Below, piece by piece: positions 39,018 through 53,596 of a stretch of DNA of 64,000 bases (position 1 is its first letter; each line of letters opens with the position of its first letter). Where the stretch lies: contig CM035359.1 of NCBI GenBank assembly GCA_020137815.1, positions 3,658,001-3,722,000 on the forward strand, given 5' to 3'. The notes below the pieces were generated by a model. It was given only the letters and a program-made list of their open reading frames with translations, searched no databases and was not told the DNA's origin. The stretch comes from Hormiphora californensis. Taxonomy: Eukaryota; Animalia; Ctenophora. Made by a program: the position numbers and the translations under genes.

Positions 39018-39066
39018 CTTCTCCCCCCAAACATATTATATATTATCAATGCAGCAAAATCAGCAA

Positions 39067-40614
39067 TCAGCGTAAAACTTCGTTATAAATCAGGTCAGTT
39101 AAGACCGAGTAACCATATTTATTCAAATGCACACCATCCCTACAATAAAGTGATGAGTTGAAAAACAAATCACGCGTTAGGAAATCAGCCATCCAACTCA
39201 CAAAACTGCAATTCATGAGTTGGGACACACAATTTACAATTTTGTTGTACATGGTAACATTAGAGACCGTATATGAGAAGTCTCCTCTCAGGGGAAGGAC
39301 ATGTGTAATCACTATCTCCGGGTCCCCATACAACCGTCTAATCTGCCTCACTAGGTGGCATAGTGCCCCTTGGAGTCGGTTCTTCGTTGCGCTGTTCTCA
39401 CAGAAGTTCTTATCAAACCTAATATCGTTCGTACCATAGCAGATAACAACCTTCTCAAAGTGTGCCTCAGGGTGGCTCTGGTGGTACCTGGACAGCTCTT
39501 CAAACGCTGTAGTACCCTTCCATTTCGAATGGGGCTTCACAATCCTTGCACCCGACACAGAGATATTCTCAAGCCCCCGGATCTCAGGTACCCATTTGGA
39601 CAGGCTCGTGCCCAAGAGCAGAGTAGTGGGGCTCCTAGGGTTGACGGCATGTCTCAAAGAAGGGACCACTCCAGAAGGGGTAGGAAGTAGGGGTGGTCTA
39701 ACGGAGGGTACCGGCACGTTCGCCACTGGGGGAGGAGGAGGAGGAGGAGGAGGATCCGGTTGGTAACCATCCCCATTAGGAGGAGGAGGGGAATGCTGGA
39801 CTCCTATTGTTGCCCTCAATGGTGGGGAGGGCAGTCTCCGTGGGCTAGGTGGTGGTGGTGGTGGTGGTACCAGATCTGTTGAGGGGAGCTGTGGGGTTGC
39901 TCTTCTGAAGGACAGAGCATACCGCTTCTCAGTAGACTCGTTCTTGACCGCCCGGTGCTTCAGGACCTCCTGACATCCTGGGTGCATGACGTAGGCGGAA
40001 CCAGCAATCAGTTCCAGGGTGAGAGCTGGCGTGGTCCTTCCATCTGCTTTGTAGGGTAAGAAATCCACTTTACCCGGCGCTCCGACAGTTAACACAACAA
40101 TCGGGGAGGACTTATCCATCGTCACCTCAAAATCGTTGTGATAACCCACACCGACACCCGTGTCGTATCTTGTGACGAGACACGAATTTAGTCTCCATCC
40201 TTGCATAGTGTTCATAGTGTTCATGATCCGCTCTACAACGGGGAATTCCTCAAGGGCGACTGGGGTCAACTTATGTTCAGCGAGCTGTTGTCCCCGTTTA
40301 CTGAACCAACTATAGGGCATTCCTGTGGACGTTACCCAAGTGTTTTTCTCTGTCAAATCCATGACCTCACCATGTAGCAAGTTGAGGTCATCTTCGCCCA
40401 CATAATCCTCGACTACCTCCACATACCGGTTAGGATCCTCAGCTGTGGTGCAGTCTGGTACTCTTCTGGCTAATTCGACGTTGAGGTGTTCAACCAGTCT
40501 GTCTAGTTGGATGAGCTTAAGGTCGATGTCGTTATTGTTTATCAGTACCCCCTCACTTGCGATATTGGAGAATGGGATGGGGGACTTCGGACTGGGTGGG
40601 GGTAGTGTGGCCAT
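39067..40614 (-). CDS. LINE ORF1: AlkB-like 2OG-Fe(II) dioxygenase, Pro-rich linker, SGNH/GDSL esterase (probably 5'-truncated)
   Basis: AlkB: LNSCLVTRY, GYHND (HxD), PIVVLTVG, L..GSAYVM..GCQ..LKH, RYALSFR. SGNH: LLLGTSL, SVSGARI, YGTND, RDGVHLN..GY. Confidence 0.9.
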   Translation of the reverse strand: MATLPPPSPKSPIPFSNIASEGVLINNNDIDLKLIQLDRLVEHLNVELARRVPDCTTAEDPNRYVEVVEDYVGEDDLNLLHGEVMDLTEKNTWVTSTGMPYSWFSKRGQQLAEHKLTPVALEEFPVVERIMNTMNTMQGWRLNSCLVTRYDTGVGVGYHNDFEVTMDKSSPIVVLTVGAPGKVDFLPYKADGRTTPALTLELIAGSAYVMHPGCQEVLKHRAVKNESTEKRYALSFRRATPQLPSTDLVPPPPPPPSPRRLPSPPLRATIGVQHSPPPPNGDGYQPDPPPPPPPPPVANVPVPSVRPPLLPTPSGVVPSLRHAVNPRSPTTLLLGTSLSKWVPEIRGLENISVSGARIVKPHSKWKGTTAFEELSRYHQSHPEAHFEKVVICYGTNDIRFDKNFCENSATKNRLQGALCHLVRQIRRLYGDPEIVITHVLPLRGDFSYTVSNVTMYNKIVNCVSQLMNCSFVSWMADFLTRDLFFNSSLYCRDGVHLNKYGYSVLTDLIYNEVLR

Positions 40615-40618
40615 GTTC

Positions 40619-41759
40619 CGTGCTCTTAGTATGCCATACTAAAACACATTGGCTAATTCGAGGTCATAGACCTCAAATTAATTTGTTTAAAGTAGTGCCG
40701 AAAAGCTTGAAACATCAGTACAATGAAGCAGAACCTGAGTTCGAAGATATACAAAAAAGTTCTGTGTTAGAACCGACTAACCCCAGCGAAGTACCGCCTG
40801 AATCCGCCAAACAGTGTTCTACTGATCGTGAGATATTTATAGAATTAGTTGACAAGCGCAGAGAATTAGTCCAGGAGCGATGCAAGAGTCTGAAGCAATA
40901 CAGACAAGACTCCGTCCCAAGTGAAAAATGGTTTCTGGACAAGATAGGAAATCAGGGGATTGTTTATTGCCCCATTTTCAAAGCTGCCAGTTCTTTTACC
41001 GAGGCCCACTTTTGTCCGCCATACTTTAGTGCTAACATCTGTGCTGATATTGGGGCAAATAAGTGGAGAACGAAGGGATTCAACAAAAAGAATGCACCTC
41101 CGGGAACTCCTAAACTGTTAACCGTGCGAAACCCTTTCGATCGAGTTCTATCGGCGTATCGTGATAAAATCCAGGCTCTAGAACCGAACAACCCCTACAG
41201 AGATCCCATTTTTAATGAAATAGTTCGGCATCATAGATTTATATCCTTCGAAGATCGTAGCAGCAGGGAAAAATTATTAAACGAAGCCAAGGAGATGTCT
41301 AAAACAATCCCAAATGAGAGAGGTGTAAGTGTTTATGTGGAGGGAGCTACCAATCCTTATCTCAAGCCTATATCGGCAACTTTCCCAGAGTTCATCAAGA
41401 ACCTGCTAACAGATCACTGGCGGAACGAGCACTGGGCCGAGATGACTGAGCAGTGTGCGCCGTGTAAAATGGACTATGAATTTATCCTAAAAACAGAGGA
41501 TTACATGTGTGAGTTTCCCATGTTTTTGGATGTAATCGGAGCATCGGACATCAAAATTGATAACAAAAAGAAGTCAAATATCAACACTGCAAGGAAGGAC
41601 TCTCAGTATGCAGATGTGTTTGAATATTATGGACAGCTGCCTGATGATACCATTGATGCATTTGTGCAGTGGTTCAAAGATGACTGTTACTTATTTGATT
41701 ACGATTGTGAGAGGTTGGCTCGTAAAATTAAGGAGTGGAAGAGTAGAAACAAGCTCTAA
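40619..41759 (+). pseudogene. Catalytic part of a carbohydrate sulfotransferase (CHST8-14/Sulfotransfer_2 family), cut off from its start by the LINE
   Basis: 5'-PSB IVYCPIFKAASS, 3'-PB LTVRNPFDRVLSAYRDK, TFPEFI, NEHW...CAPC.MDYEFI.K.E, C-terminal D..LFDY. Confidence 0.88.
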
Positions 41760-41989
41760 AGTCCGTATCAAACCAATCGCATGTAACATCAATTTAATTA
41801 TTCTACACATATCATTATCATTGCATGCTGTAAATATAATCAAGCTTTATACAAAATATGAATTTTATAACCAAATTCGTGATTTTATCTGAAATGAAAG
41901 TGAGGTAGGAGATATCATGCACAGTGGGTAATTATGCCGCTTGATGGTCGTATAGCAAATATAAGAAAATCTACTGTGAAGGGCATCGA

Positions 41990-42625
41990 TAACCCTGGGC
42001 AATTACTGTCAATATCGGGAGAATCCAACAAGAGAGTAGATGACTTCAAATATCTTGGTAGCTGGGTAGCCAACTGTGCTCGTGATATACTAGGAAGGCA
42101 AAGGCTTGGGTGGCATGTCATAAGCTCAAAAAGATTTGGAACTCAAGCCTTAAGGACGAACTCAAGATCCGTTTGTTCGTGGCATGTGTTGAATCCGTCC
42201 TACTTTATGGCTGTGAGACATGGACACTCACCAAAGATCAGGAGCGTAGTCTAAATGGGACCTATACCCGCATGCTCAGGATTGCACTAAACAAGAACCA
42301 GTATCTCCTGAAAATGACAAATTGGGAACTCTATTATAGTGGCCTGCCAATTCTTAGTACCAAGATTGCTGAGTGGCGGCTTAGACACGCGGGCCATGCA
42401 CTTCGACACCCAGAACTAACTTTACACTCAGTGTTGTTATGGGAACCCTCTCATGGTAAAACTAAGAGAGGGAGACCTAAACTTACCTTCGTGGACACCA
42501 TACGAAGGGACACAGGAGTGAAAAGAATAGACGAGATAGCTTCAATGATGGCTGACCGAGACTTATGGCGAGAACTTACCTACCGTGTTCGAGAATACCA
42601 CTCGCCATAAGTCAAGTAAGTCAAG
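41990..42625 (+). mobile_element. 5'-truncated RTE-clade LINE fragment with a frameshift
   Basis: VDDFKYLGSWV, then KLKKIW...KIRLF.ACVESVLLYGCETWTL...RMLR, RL..AGH..R, RGRP. 3' tail TAAGTCAAGTAAGTCAAG. Confidence 0.9.
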
Positions 42626-42754
42626 ACCCTAGTCAGAATATAATACGTATTATTTTCAACAATACGTATTAAATACACGCGCAAATATGTATTTAATACG
42701 TATTAAATACGTATTATAAGCCGAAAATACAGAAAAGCCGCGCATTTAGCAAGT

Positions 42755-42895
42755 CCCTATTAAAATATAGTTCGACGCGACGCGACGCGCGATCGATGAA
42801 CGATCGATAAACGATCGATATCGATCGTTTATCGATCGTTTATCGATCGTTCATCGATCGCGCGTCGCGTCGCGTCGAACTATATTTTAGTAGGG
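42755..42895. repeat. ~140-bp near-perfect palindrome built from CGATCG/CGCGA units (MITE-like)
   Basis: CCCTATTAAAATATAGTTCGACGCGACGCG...CGCGTCGCGTCGAACTATATTTTAGTAGGG. Confidence 0.88.
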
Positions 42896-42984
42896 GTGCT
42901 ACCATCGCGAGCCGCACAACTTCCGACCCAATTTTAGGTCAAAAGCGCGTCACAGATACGACATACAGCCTCACCTTGCCACAT

Positions 42985-43431
42985 GTCCCAATACAGCTCT
43001 GCCACGAATTGCTACTGTGTTCCCCGCCTTCTAAAACAGGTCCCTGTCCCAATACAGCTCTGCCACGATTTGCTACTGTGTTCCCCCACCATCCAAAACA
43101 GGTCCCTGTCCCACTACAGCTCTGCCACGAATTGCTACTGTCTTCCCCCGCCTTCTAAAACAGGTCCCTGTCCCAGTACAGCTCTTCCACGAATTGCTAC
43201 TGTGTTCCCCGCCTTCTAAAACAGGTCCCTGTCCCAGTACAGCTCTGCCTGCCACGAATTGCTACTGTGTTCCCCCGCCTTCTAAAACAGGTCCCTGTTC
43301 CAATACAGCTCTGCCACGAATTGCTACTGTGTTCCTCCGTCTTCTAAAACAGGTCCCTGTCCCAGTACAGCTCTGCCACGAATTGCTACTGTCTTCCCCG
43401 CCTTCTAAAACAGGTCCCTGTCCCAATACAG
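42985..43431. repeat. ~61-65-bp minisatellite, about 7 copies
   Basis: Unit GTCCCA(A/G)TACAGCTCTGCCACGAATTGCTACTGTGTTCCCCGCCTTCTAAAACAGGTCCCT. Confidence 0.95.
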
Positions 43432-44477
43432 TCTTTCGAAAGACAGGTTTATCCCCGGCCACTCCCTCTGGTAATGTAAACTGAGTCCCCCTCCACACTC
43501 AACGTAACATTACTACCACCTGCAACCGCGGCACTCATCTCCAGGTTTGTAGTTGTAACAGTCTGTACTGTAGAGTTGGTTGCTACCATACTAGCAACCC
43601 CCTCTACTGTGGTCAGCGGTGCCATCCTTCGCTTGGGAGGCAGCCAACGCGTCGCCATTTACCTGGGGGATATACAGGGGTTACCATGGTGTTTCTAGTT
43701 CGGTTACCATGGTTACCATGGTGTTGGCTCATGTGCAGCGAGATGCTGACGCCATGAGCCAACATTTAATTATATTATACTAGTAGGCCCGTTCGCCCTA
43801 CGGGCGAATTTCGGGGAAATGGTAGCTGGATTAGGGAACGCTGACATCACCTGCACCATCCGTTCCTAGCCTATCTCTCACTTTCTCCCTACCCATGTTG
43901 TTGTACGCTCTGGGCTTCCTGACAATGTCAAGGTGCGAATTTAAGAGATCAATGTCATGGGGGTGCACTGCTGTTCCAGAAACTCATCACGTGAAAACTT
44001 GGCAGTTATGTAGCCGATTCGGAGATTTCTATTTTCGACTTGAGTAATCGCCCTTGGGCGACGTTGGGTAAAGCTATCCGTAGTCGTTTATTGTCTCGCT
44101 TGAACACTTTGGCGTAATCTGTCATATTCTCTAGCCTGCTCCCTGACAGCAGCAGATCTTCCGGACCCAGATGACCGTTGCCGAATAGCGCTTGGGGTTG
44201 AAGAGTTAGACATCAGGACAAAAGTAAAAGAATGCACGTGCAGAATTGAATTTCCCTTAGTACCCAAAACTGCAACTGGGAGTGAGGGTTCTAAGTTGCT
44301 CTAATAATTGCACGTGCAGGTGTAGTTGCTAGGTGATGTAGCACTGACAATTTGAATAGTAAGTAGTATGATTGTCGGCATGTAAGCACAATGTAAGTTG
44401 AGACACACGTGCGTTTGGTGCAGAGTGGTGTGAGCAAGAAACAGAGGGAGAGATAGAGAGAGAAAAGAGAGAGACAG

Positions 44478-44555
<78 letters not shown>

Positions 44556-44737
44556 TACCTTTGATTACCTTTGACAAGGTTTAGCTGAAGTAGCTTGGAA
44601 TCCACTTTAGTAATGGACCCGTTGGAATGTTCCTGCTGGTCTAATAGATAACAACAGGAACACTAGCAAACAAAGAAGGCAATTTAATGAAATAAATGAA
44701 AAGAAGAAACTTAAATGAATAGCACTCACAGTAAGTA

Positions 44738-44889
44738 CTACTGTGTCCCCGAGGAGACCTCCACCACCTCGCCTCCTTTGATCCTAAACGACTTCCCAGG
44801 GCTCCGCTCCTTCTCCTCTTTCAACTTTTTCACTAGGACCGCCCGAGCCGCTCTCTCCTCAGAAGTAAGGTCGGGAGAGATATAAACTC

Positions 44890-44891
<2 letters not shown>
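44738..44891 (-). mobile_element. Fragment resembling the C-terminus of a CR1/L2-type ORF1
   Basis: RVYISPDLTSEERAARAVLVKKLKEEKERSPGKSFRIKGGEVV, cut off by a CT microsatellite. Confidence 0.6.
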
Positions 44892-44978
<87 letters not shown>

Positions 44979-45003
44979 AGAGAGAGAGCGTCGCTCTCTC
45001 TCT

Positions 45004-45134
<131 letters not shown>

Positions 45135-45152
45135 CTTCCTCTCTCTAGAGAG

Positions 45153-45294
45153 ATTGAATAATGGTCGCCCACTCATAACGATAATCCATCCCTGTCTCAC
45201 TATCTATCTATCTTTCTTTTCTATAGAAAAGAAAGAGAGAGAGATAGTGAGACAGGGGTGGATTATCGTGATGAGTGGGCGACCATTATTCAAT
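45153..45294. repeat. Palindromic MITE with ~55-bp arms
   Basis: ATTGAATAATGGTCGCCCACTCAT...ATGAGTGGGCGACCATTATTCAAT. Confidence 0.85.
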
Positions 45295-45322
45295 GTACAA
45301 ATGTTGTCTCTTCTGATCTTAA

Positions 45323-46600
45323 GGGTACACCTCGGCAAAATTTTTGTCGAGTGCCCGCTTAGCTCTCCATATGGGGTTGTAGGGCATACCAAGCCGACCT
45401 CAAATATGCAATTTTAGCCCTTAACTCGAATTCATATTTTTGCTACAGCCCCTCAAAGTTTGACCCTAAAAACCGGTTTTTAAGGTCCCTAAATTTTATT
45501 TTTAGGGCTAGAAAGCTGAAAATTTAGGGATTCATAGAGGATACCAAGGTGTATAGCTCAAACAGAAATTTTTTGAAATGGAGCTCAATTTTTTGTCAGA
45601 GACTATTTTACTTTTTTTGACTTTGAGGCCATATTTGGACATGTTCCTATGGACCGTTAAGGCTAAAAATTGGATATCTGGTGCTCCTAACAATTGTCAA
45701 AGTAGCCACAAATTTTCAGGAGGTCCGAATTTGAAATGTGGCCTACAGGTTTCTTTTTGTAAAGCACATATTTTAGGAAAACTTAAAATGGCTATATCTC
45801 AAAAACGGTAGGTCCTAGCGATCTAATTTCGTGCTAAATCGATTCAGCGGGTCCGATTTTGGGGGGGTCGTCTCTTAGACATTTTGCTCTAAGTCTAACC
45901 GTTTTTTTAAAAATCGTATTTTAAGATTTGTACATGTTTAGCAGAAATAGGTAAGATTAGCTCTAGCTAGAAGCATTTCTGCTAAACATGTACAAACCTT
46001 AAAATACGATTTCTGAAAAAACGGTTAGACTTAGAGCAAATGTCTAAGAGACGACCCCCCCCAAAATCGGACCCGCTGAATCGATTTAGCACGAAATTAG
46101 ATCGCTAGGACCTACCGTTTTTGAGATATAGCCATTTTAAGTTTTCCTAAAATATGTGCTTTACAAAAAGAAACCTGTAGGCCACATTTCAAATTCGGAC
46201 CTCCTGAAAATTTGTGGCTACTTTGACAATTGTTAGGAGCACCAGATATCCAATTTTTAGCCTTAACGGTCCATAGGAACATGTCCAAATATGGCCTCAA
46301 AGTCAAAAAAAGTAAAATAGTCTCTGACAAAAAATTGAGCTCCATTTCAAAAAATTTCTGTTTGAGCTATACACCTTGGTATCCTCTATGAATCCCTAAA
46401 TTTTCAGCTTTCTAGCCCTAAAAATAAAATTTAGGGACCTTAAAAACCGGTTTTTAGGGTCAAACTTTGAGGGGCTGTAGCAAAAATATGAATTCGAGTT
46501 AAGGGCTAAAATTGCATATTTGAGGTCGGCTTGGTATGCCCTACAACCCCATATGGAGAGCTAAGCGGGCACTCGACAAAAATTTTGCCGAGGTGTACCC
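45323..46600. mobile_element. 1278-bp foldback/palindromic element with TTAA TSD (Kolobok-like)
   Basis: TTAA|GGGTACACCTCGGC...GCCGAGGTGTACCC|TTAA. Arms of ~625 bp nearly identical (same 77-aa ORF on both strands), ~27-bp spacer near 45960. Confidence 0.9.
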
Positions 46601-46820
46601 TTAATACCATGTATAGTCCTGAAAAGTCATTCCCAACCTGTCCCAGAATTGGAAAATGATTCTCAGAATCTCACAGCACTGGAAAGTGATTCTCAAAATG
46701 CCACAACACTGGAAGTGGAAATTGATTCCCAAAACCTCACCACACTTCCAAATTATCTACAGAATTTCACCACACTGAAAAATGATTCCCAGCCTCTGGA
46801 ACGTGGTTCCCACCCTGTAG

Positions 46821-48819
46821 TGGGCCGATCTGGACACCGTATGAGCTAGTAAGGGGTGACATTACCACCTTTCCACCGCTTGGAGAGGACCTGGAGCCAG
46901 TCTCATTGTACCTCATAGCCAGGCAGGGGAGCAGCAACATGGGCGACCAGGCTACCGGAATGCAGGAGTTAGCTAAAAAGCTTGCGGAGGAAGCACCGTT
47001 ACCATGGTTACTGGACTGGCAGGGTGGCAACTACAAGAGTGATGATTACTTGGTTCCAGAGGGAATTTTGGAGCTGTATCACCTCGCTAAAAGGTGGAAG
47101 AAGGTGTTTCCTGAGCTGTTTCCAGCTTACTACCCGACCCTGTATAACACGCGTGTAACCCCTGGTACCAGCCAGAGTGCTTCTTCCTTTCTGTCTGGAT
47201 TGTTCGAGGGAGAGGGGCCGTTATCCCCTGCCTCCACAATTGATAACATTTCATGGACGGGGTTCCAGCCCCTCTCCATACAGGACGATGAGGGGATTCT
47301 CTCAATATTCGAGGATTGTCCAGCCTACACCGACCAGAGGGACCTGTTTCAAGATGCGTTTGAGAGGTTCCATGCCACAGCACAGTACAGCTACAGGCTC
47401 AAACTGATGGTGCCGCTTAGCGAATCATTGGGATTCCAGGTGCGAGGAGAGGATGTTATAACGTTGTTTTCATTGTGCGCTTTCTCCCTCGTCTCACCCA
47501 GCGAGTCAAGCGAGGCGAAGTTCTGCGAGTTTTTCACGGCAGACATGTTGGAAATCCTCAATTTCATACTAGAACAGGAGCAGTATTTCTCTACTTATTC
47601 AGGGAACCCCATCGCAACCGAGCTGGCGTGTGTGCTGGTTGAGGATGTTGTTGAAAGCTTGCGGAGTGACACCCCTATAAACCTCAGGTTTACCCACTCT
47701 ATCCTCCCTCTCGTGGACTATCTGGGGCTGTATGAGGGTGTGGAGGGTGCCTGGTGGAATGAAGAGATGGGTCTACTGAATCTTAGTACAGTAGAGCCCT
47801 TTACAGCTAATGTGGCTTTCTTGTTGCTGAAGAATAAAACCAACGGCGAGGAGACAATCAAGGTTGGTCTATGTTTTTTTCGGTGTCTTTTTCTCTATGT
47901 CCAATAGGGGTTGCTAAGTTGAAAAATATCGCTTTCGAACATTATGTCTGGTATTCAGTTGGTAATTTTCTACTGATATTCGAAGTTTCAGCCCAAACGG
48001 TTGAGCCACTTTGAATCGCAATTAGCCACTTTTGTGCTGTCTGGCGCCGCGACCCATCTGAGCACACTGTCGCGTACTCAGATTAGGGTCTGGTGTCGTT
48101 TTTTCATAATATCGCGTTTTCAAAATTTCGCTGCTCATATTTTCGCAGCAAAACTTTTTCTTTTTTCAAAAAGTTTTTGCTACAGAACCTTTTCTGTTTT
48201 CTAAGAAGTTTTACTTTTAATAGAATCCCCAATCAAATTGGGGTCTGGCGCCGCCAGACAGCTTTTGTGACCCTTATTAATATTTTCGGTGAAAAATCGG
48301 GAAAAATCGAAAAAAAAATTTGAAATTTTAAAATTTCAAAACACGGAAATTAGTCCCTAGAACATCTCAATACACGTGCAAAACTTTAAAATTGTGTATT
48401 TTTAATTTTCAACTTAGCAACATTGTCCAATGGACATTGTCCATGCGTGTCTTTCTCTCTCTGTATCCATGCGTGTATTCAGTTGAGTCTTTAATTTAAT
48501 TTATGTCTATCCCGCTCTGTTTGAACCTACATTCCCAATGCCTCCCTTCCAGGTGTTTGCCAATGAACGCGAAGTGACTCTGAGAGGAGGGGGAAGGACT
48601 CTCTCTTCCTTAGAATCCCTCCTAAACACCTGCGACAGAGAGGAACTGTGCAGCCCAGAGGAGACAGAATCGCCCATAGACGAGGGGACAGTAACGGACT
48701 TGATAATTGCTGACACGGTGGTCCTAAACTCCAATGTGTTTTTGGGTATGATGGTAATGTGTTTTATTGCGGTTATACTGTCAGGGGTCATACTACTACT
48801 ACTACTACTACTACTCTGA
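46821..48819 (+). CDS. MINPP1/histidine acid phosphatase-like protein (exons ~46821-47862 and 48553-48819; upstream exons unresolved) with C-terminal hydrophobic anchor
   Basis: TPY...P....EPVSLYLIARQG (RHG position), L...G.LEL.HLAKRWKKVFPELF, SASSFLSGLF, LFSLCAF, FCEFFT, LRFTH, PFTANVAFLL. Splice IK|VFANER with GT at 47863 and ccAG at 48552. Confidence 0.75.
47906..48423. mobile_element. Intronic MITE, possibly hAT-type
   Basis: TIR GTTGCTAAGTTGAAAA/TTTTCAACTTAGCAAC; 8-mer TGTCCAAT on both flanks. Confidence 0.6.
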
Positions 48820-49829
48820 GTGCCTGGGCTTGCCTACGGCAAGCCCACATGGGACTGAGGGATATCATACGACTCTTACTGAAGTTAGCAGGTGCTGATT
48901 GATTTCGCAATCGCTTACTGGAGTAAGCGACAGGTGCTGACTGTTTTCCAAAATAACTCTTATTTTCTTGTAAGAGATATCAAGAGTAAGAGAATGGTGA
49001 TTCCATTCTCTTGTGTGGTAAGCGCCGCTACTTAGCGACGTATAAACTCTTAAAACTCTTAACTGACGGGGGATCACAGAATTTGGTCACGTGAAAGGTC
49101 ACGTGATAAGTCCTAGTGCACAGGGATAGCCTGTGACTGCGTACATGTGATCGATAACAGCCAATCAGAATGCAGCTAGTGAGTGAGAGAGAGCAAGATA
49201 GTAACGCGCGGCGCTCTGGCACGTGCGGTTTGGGCGCTGGCAGGCTTTTACATGTTGCAACATGTAAAAGCCTGCCAGCGCCCAAACCGCACGTGCCAAT
49301 GCGCCGCGCGAGATAATCTCTCTCAAGGGGGGCACCCTGTCTCTCACTTTCTCTCCCCAATTCTTTTCCCTGTTGCTCACTAAGAATAAGAGTTTTGAGA
49401 GAACACACAGCACTGTCGCTTAAAAGAGTTATGCTGTCTGTTTTCTCGATTGTCGCTAACTGCAGTAAGAGTTGTATGATTTCCCTCACTATCAAGGGAC
49501 AGGTTGGAAAAATCATGCCAAGTTCTTCATAACCTCCAAATTTCAAGTCTTTATCTTATCAGGAACCGGAGATATGCGCGTTTGAAATAACGTCAAAAAG
49601 ACCCCCCTGAGGGGGGAGACACACTGAGGTTGGTTGCGCGCGTTCAACTCTCAACTCTCGGCCTGGCCTTGTGCGGTAAGTTTTCGGCGACCTCCTTGAC
49701 CACTGGTTCGGCAAACCACCTGTTGTTCCCGAGCCGTCTCCCGAGCGAATGCGGAAATTGCCGAGCGACATTCTGATGAGGGCTGATGCGTGAACTTTTG
49801 TTTTGACCTCACATAATATCTACAGTATT

Positions 49830-53596
<3,767 letters not shown>

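Larger units (their letters stand above)
33577..40612 (-). mobile_element. Near full-length CR1/L2-group LINE with AlkB+esterase ORF1 and APE-RT ORF2
   Basis: ORF1 39067-40612, ORF2 34027-~39017, 3' UTR, (CAAAT)n tail at ~33580-33601, TSD ATGTTC at 33571-33576 and 40613-40618. Confidence 0.92.

Noticed and set aside
40557-40612. Predicted start MRYWRMGWG of the 400-aa sulfotransferase ORF
   Set aside because: Antisense LINE ORF1 sequence; the real start is at 33446.
39067-40614. ORF as an independent host ALKBH gene or bacterial contaminant
   Set aside because: Intronless, fused to an ORF1-type esterase, directly upstream of ORF2 and inside the TSD-bounded insertion.
45578-46345. Identical 77-aa ORFs on opposite strands (likewise 56644-56829 and 57434-57619)
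   Set aside because: Consequence of palindromic MITE arms; no protein motifs.
49772-49800. CTGATGAG hammerhead-ribozyme-like core
   Set aside because: No paired stem II followed by GAAA and no closing stems visible.
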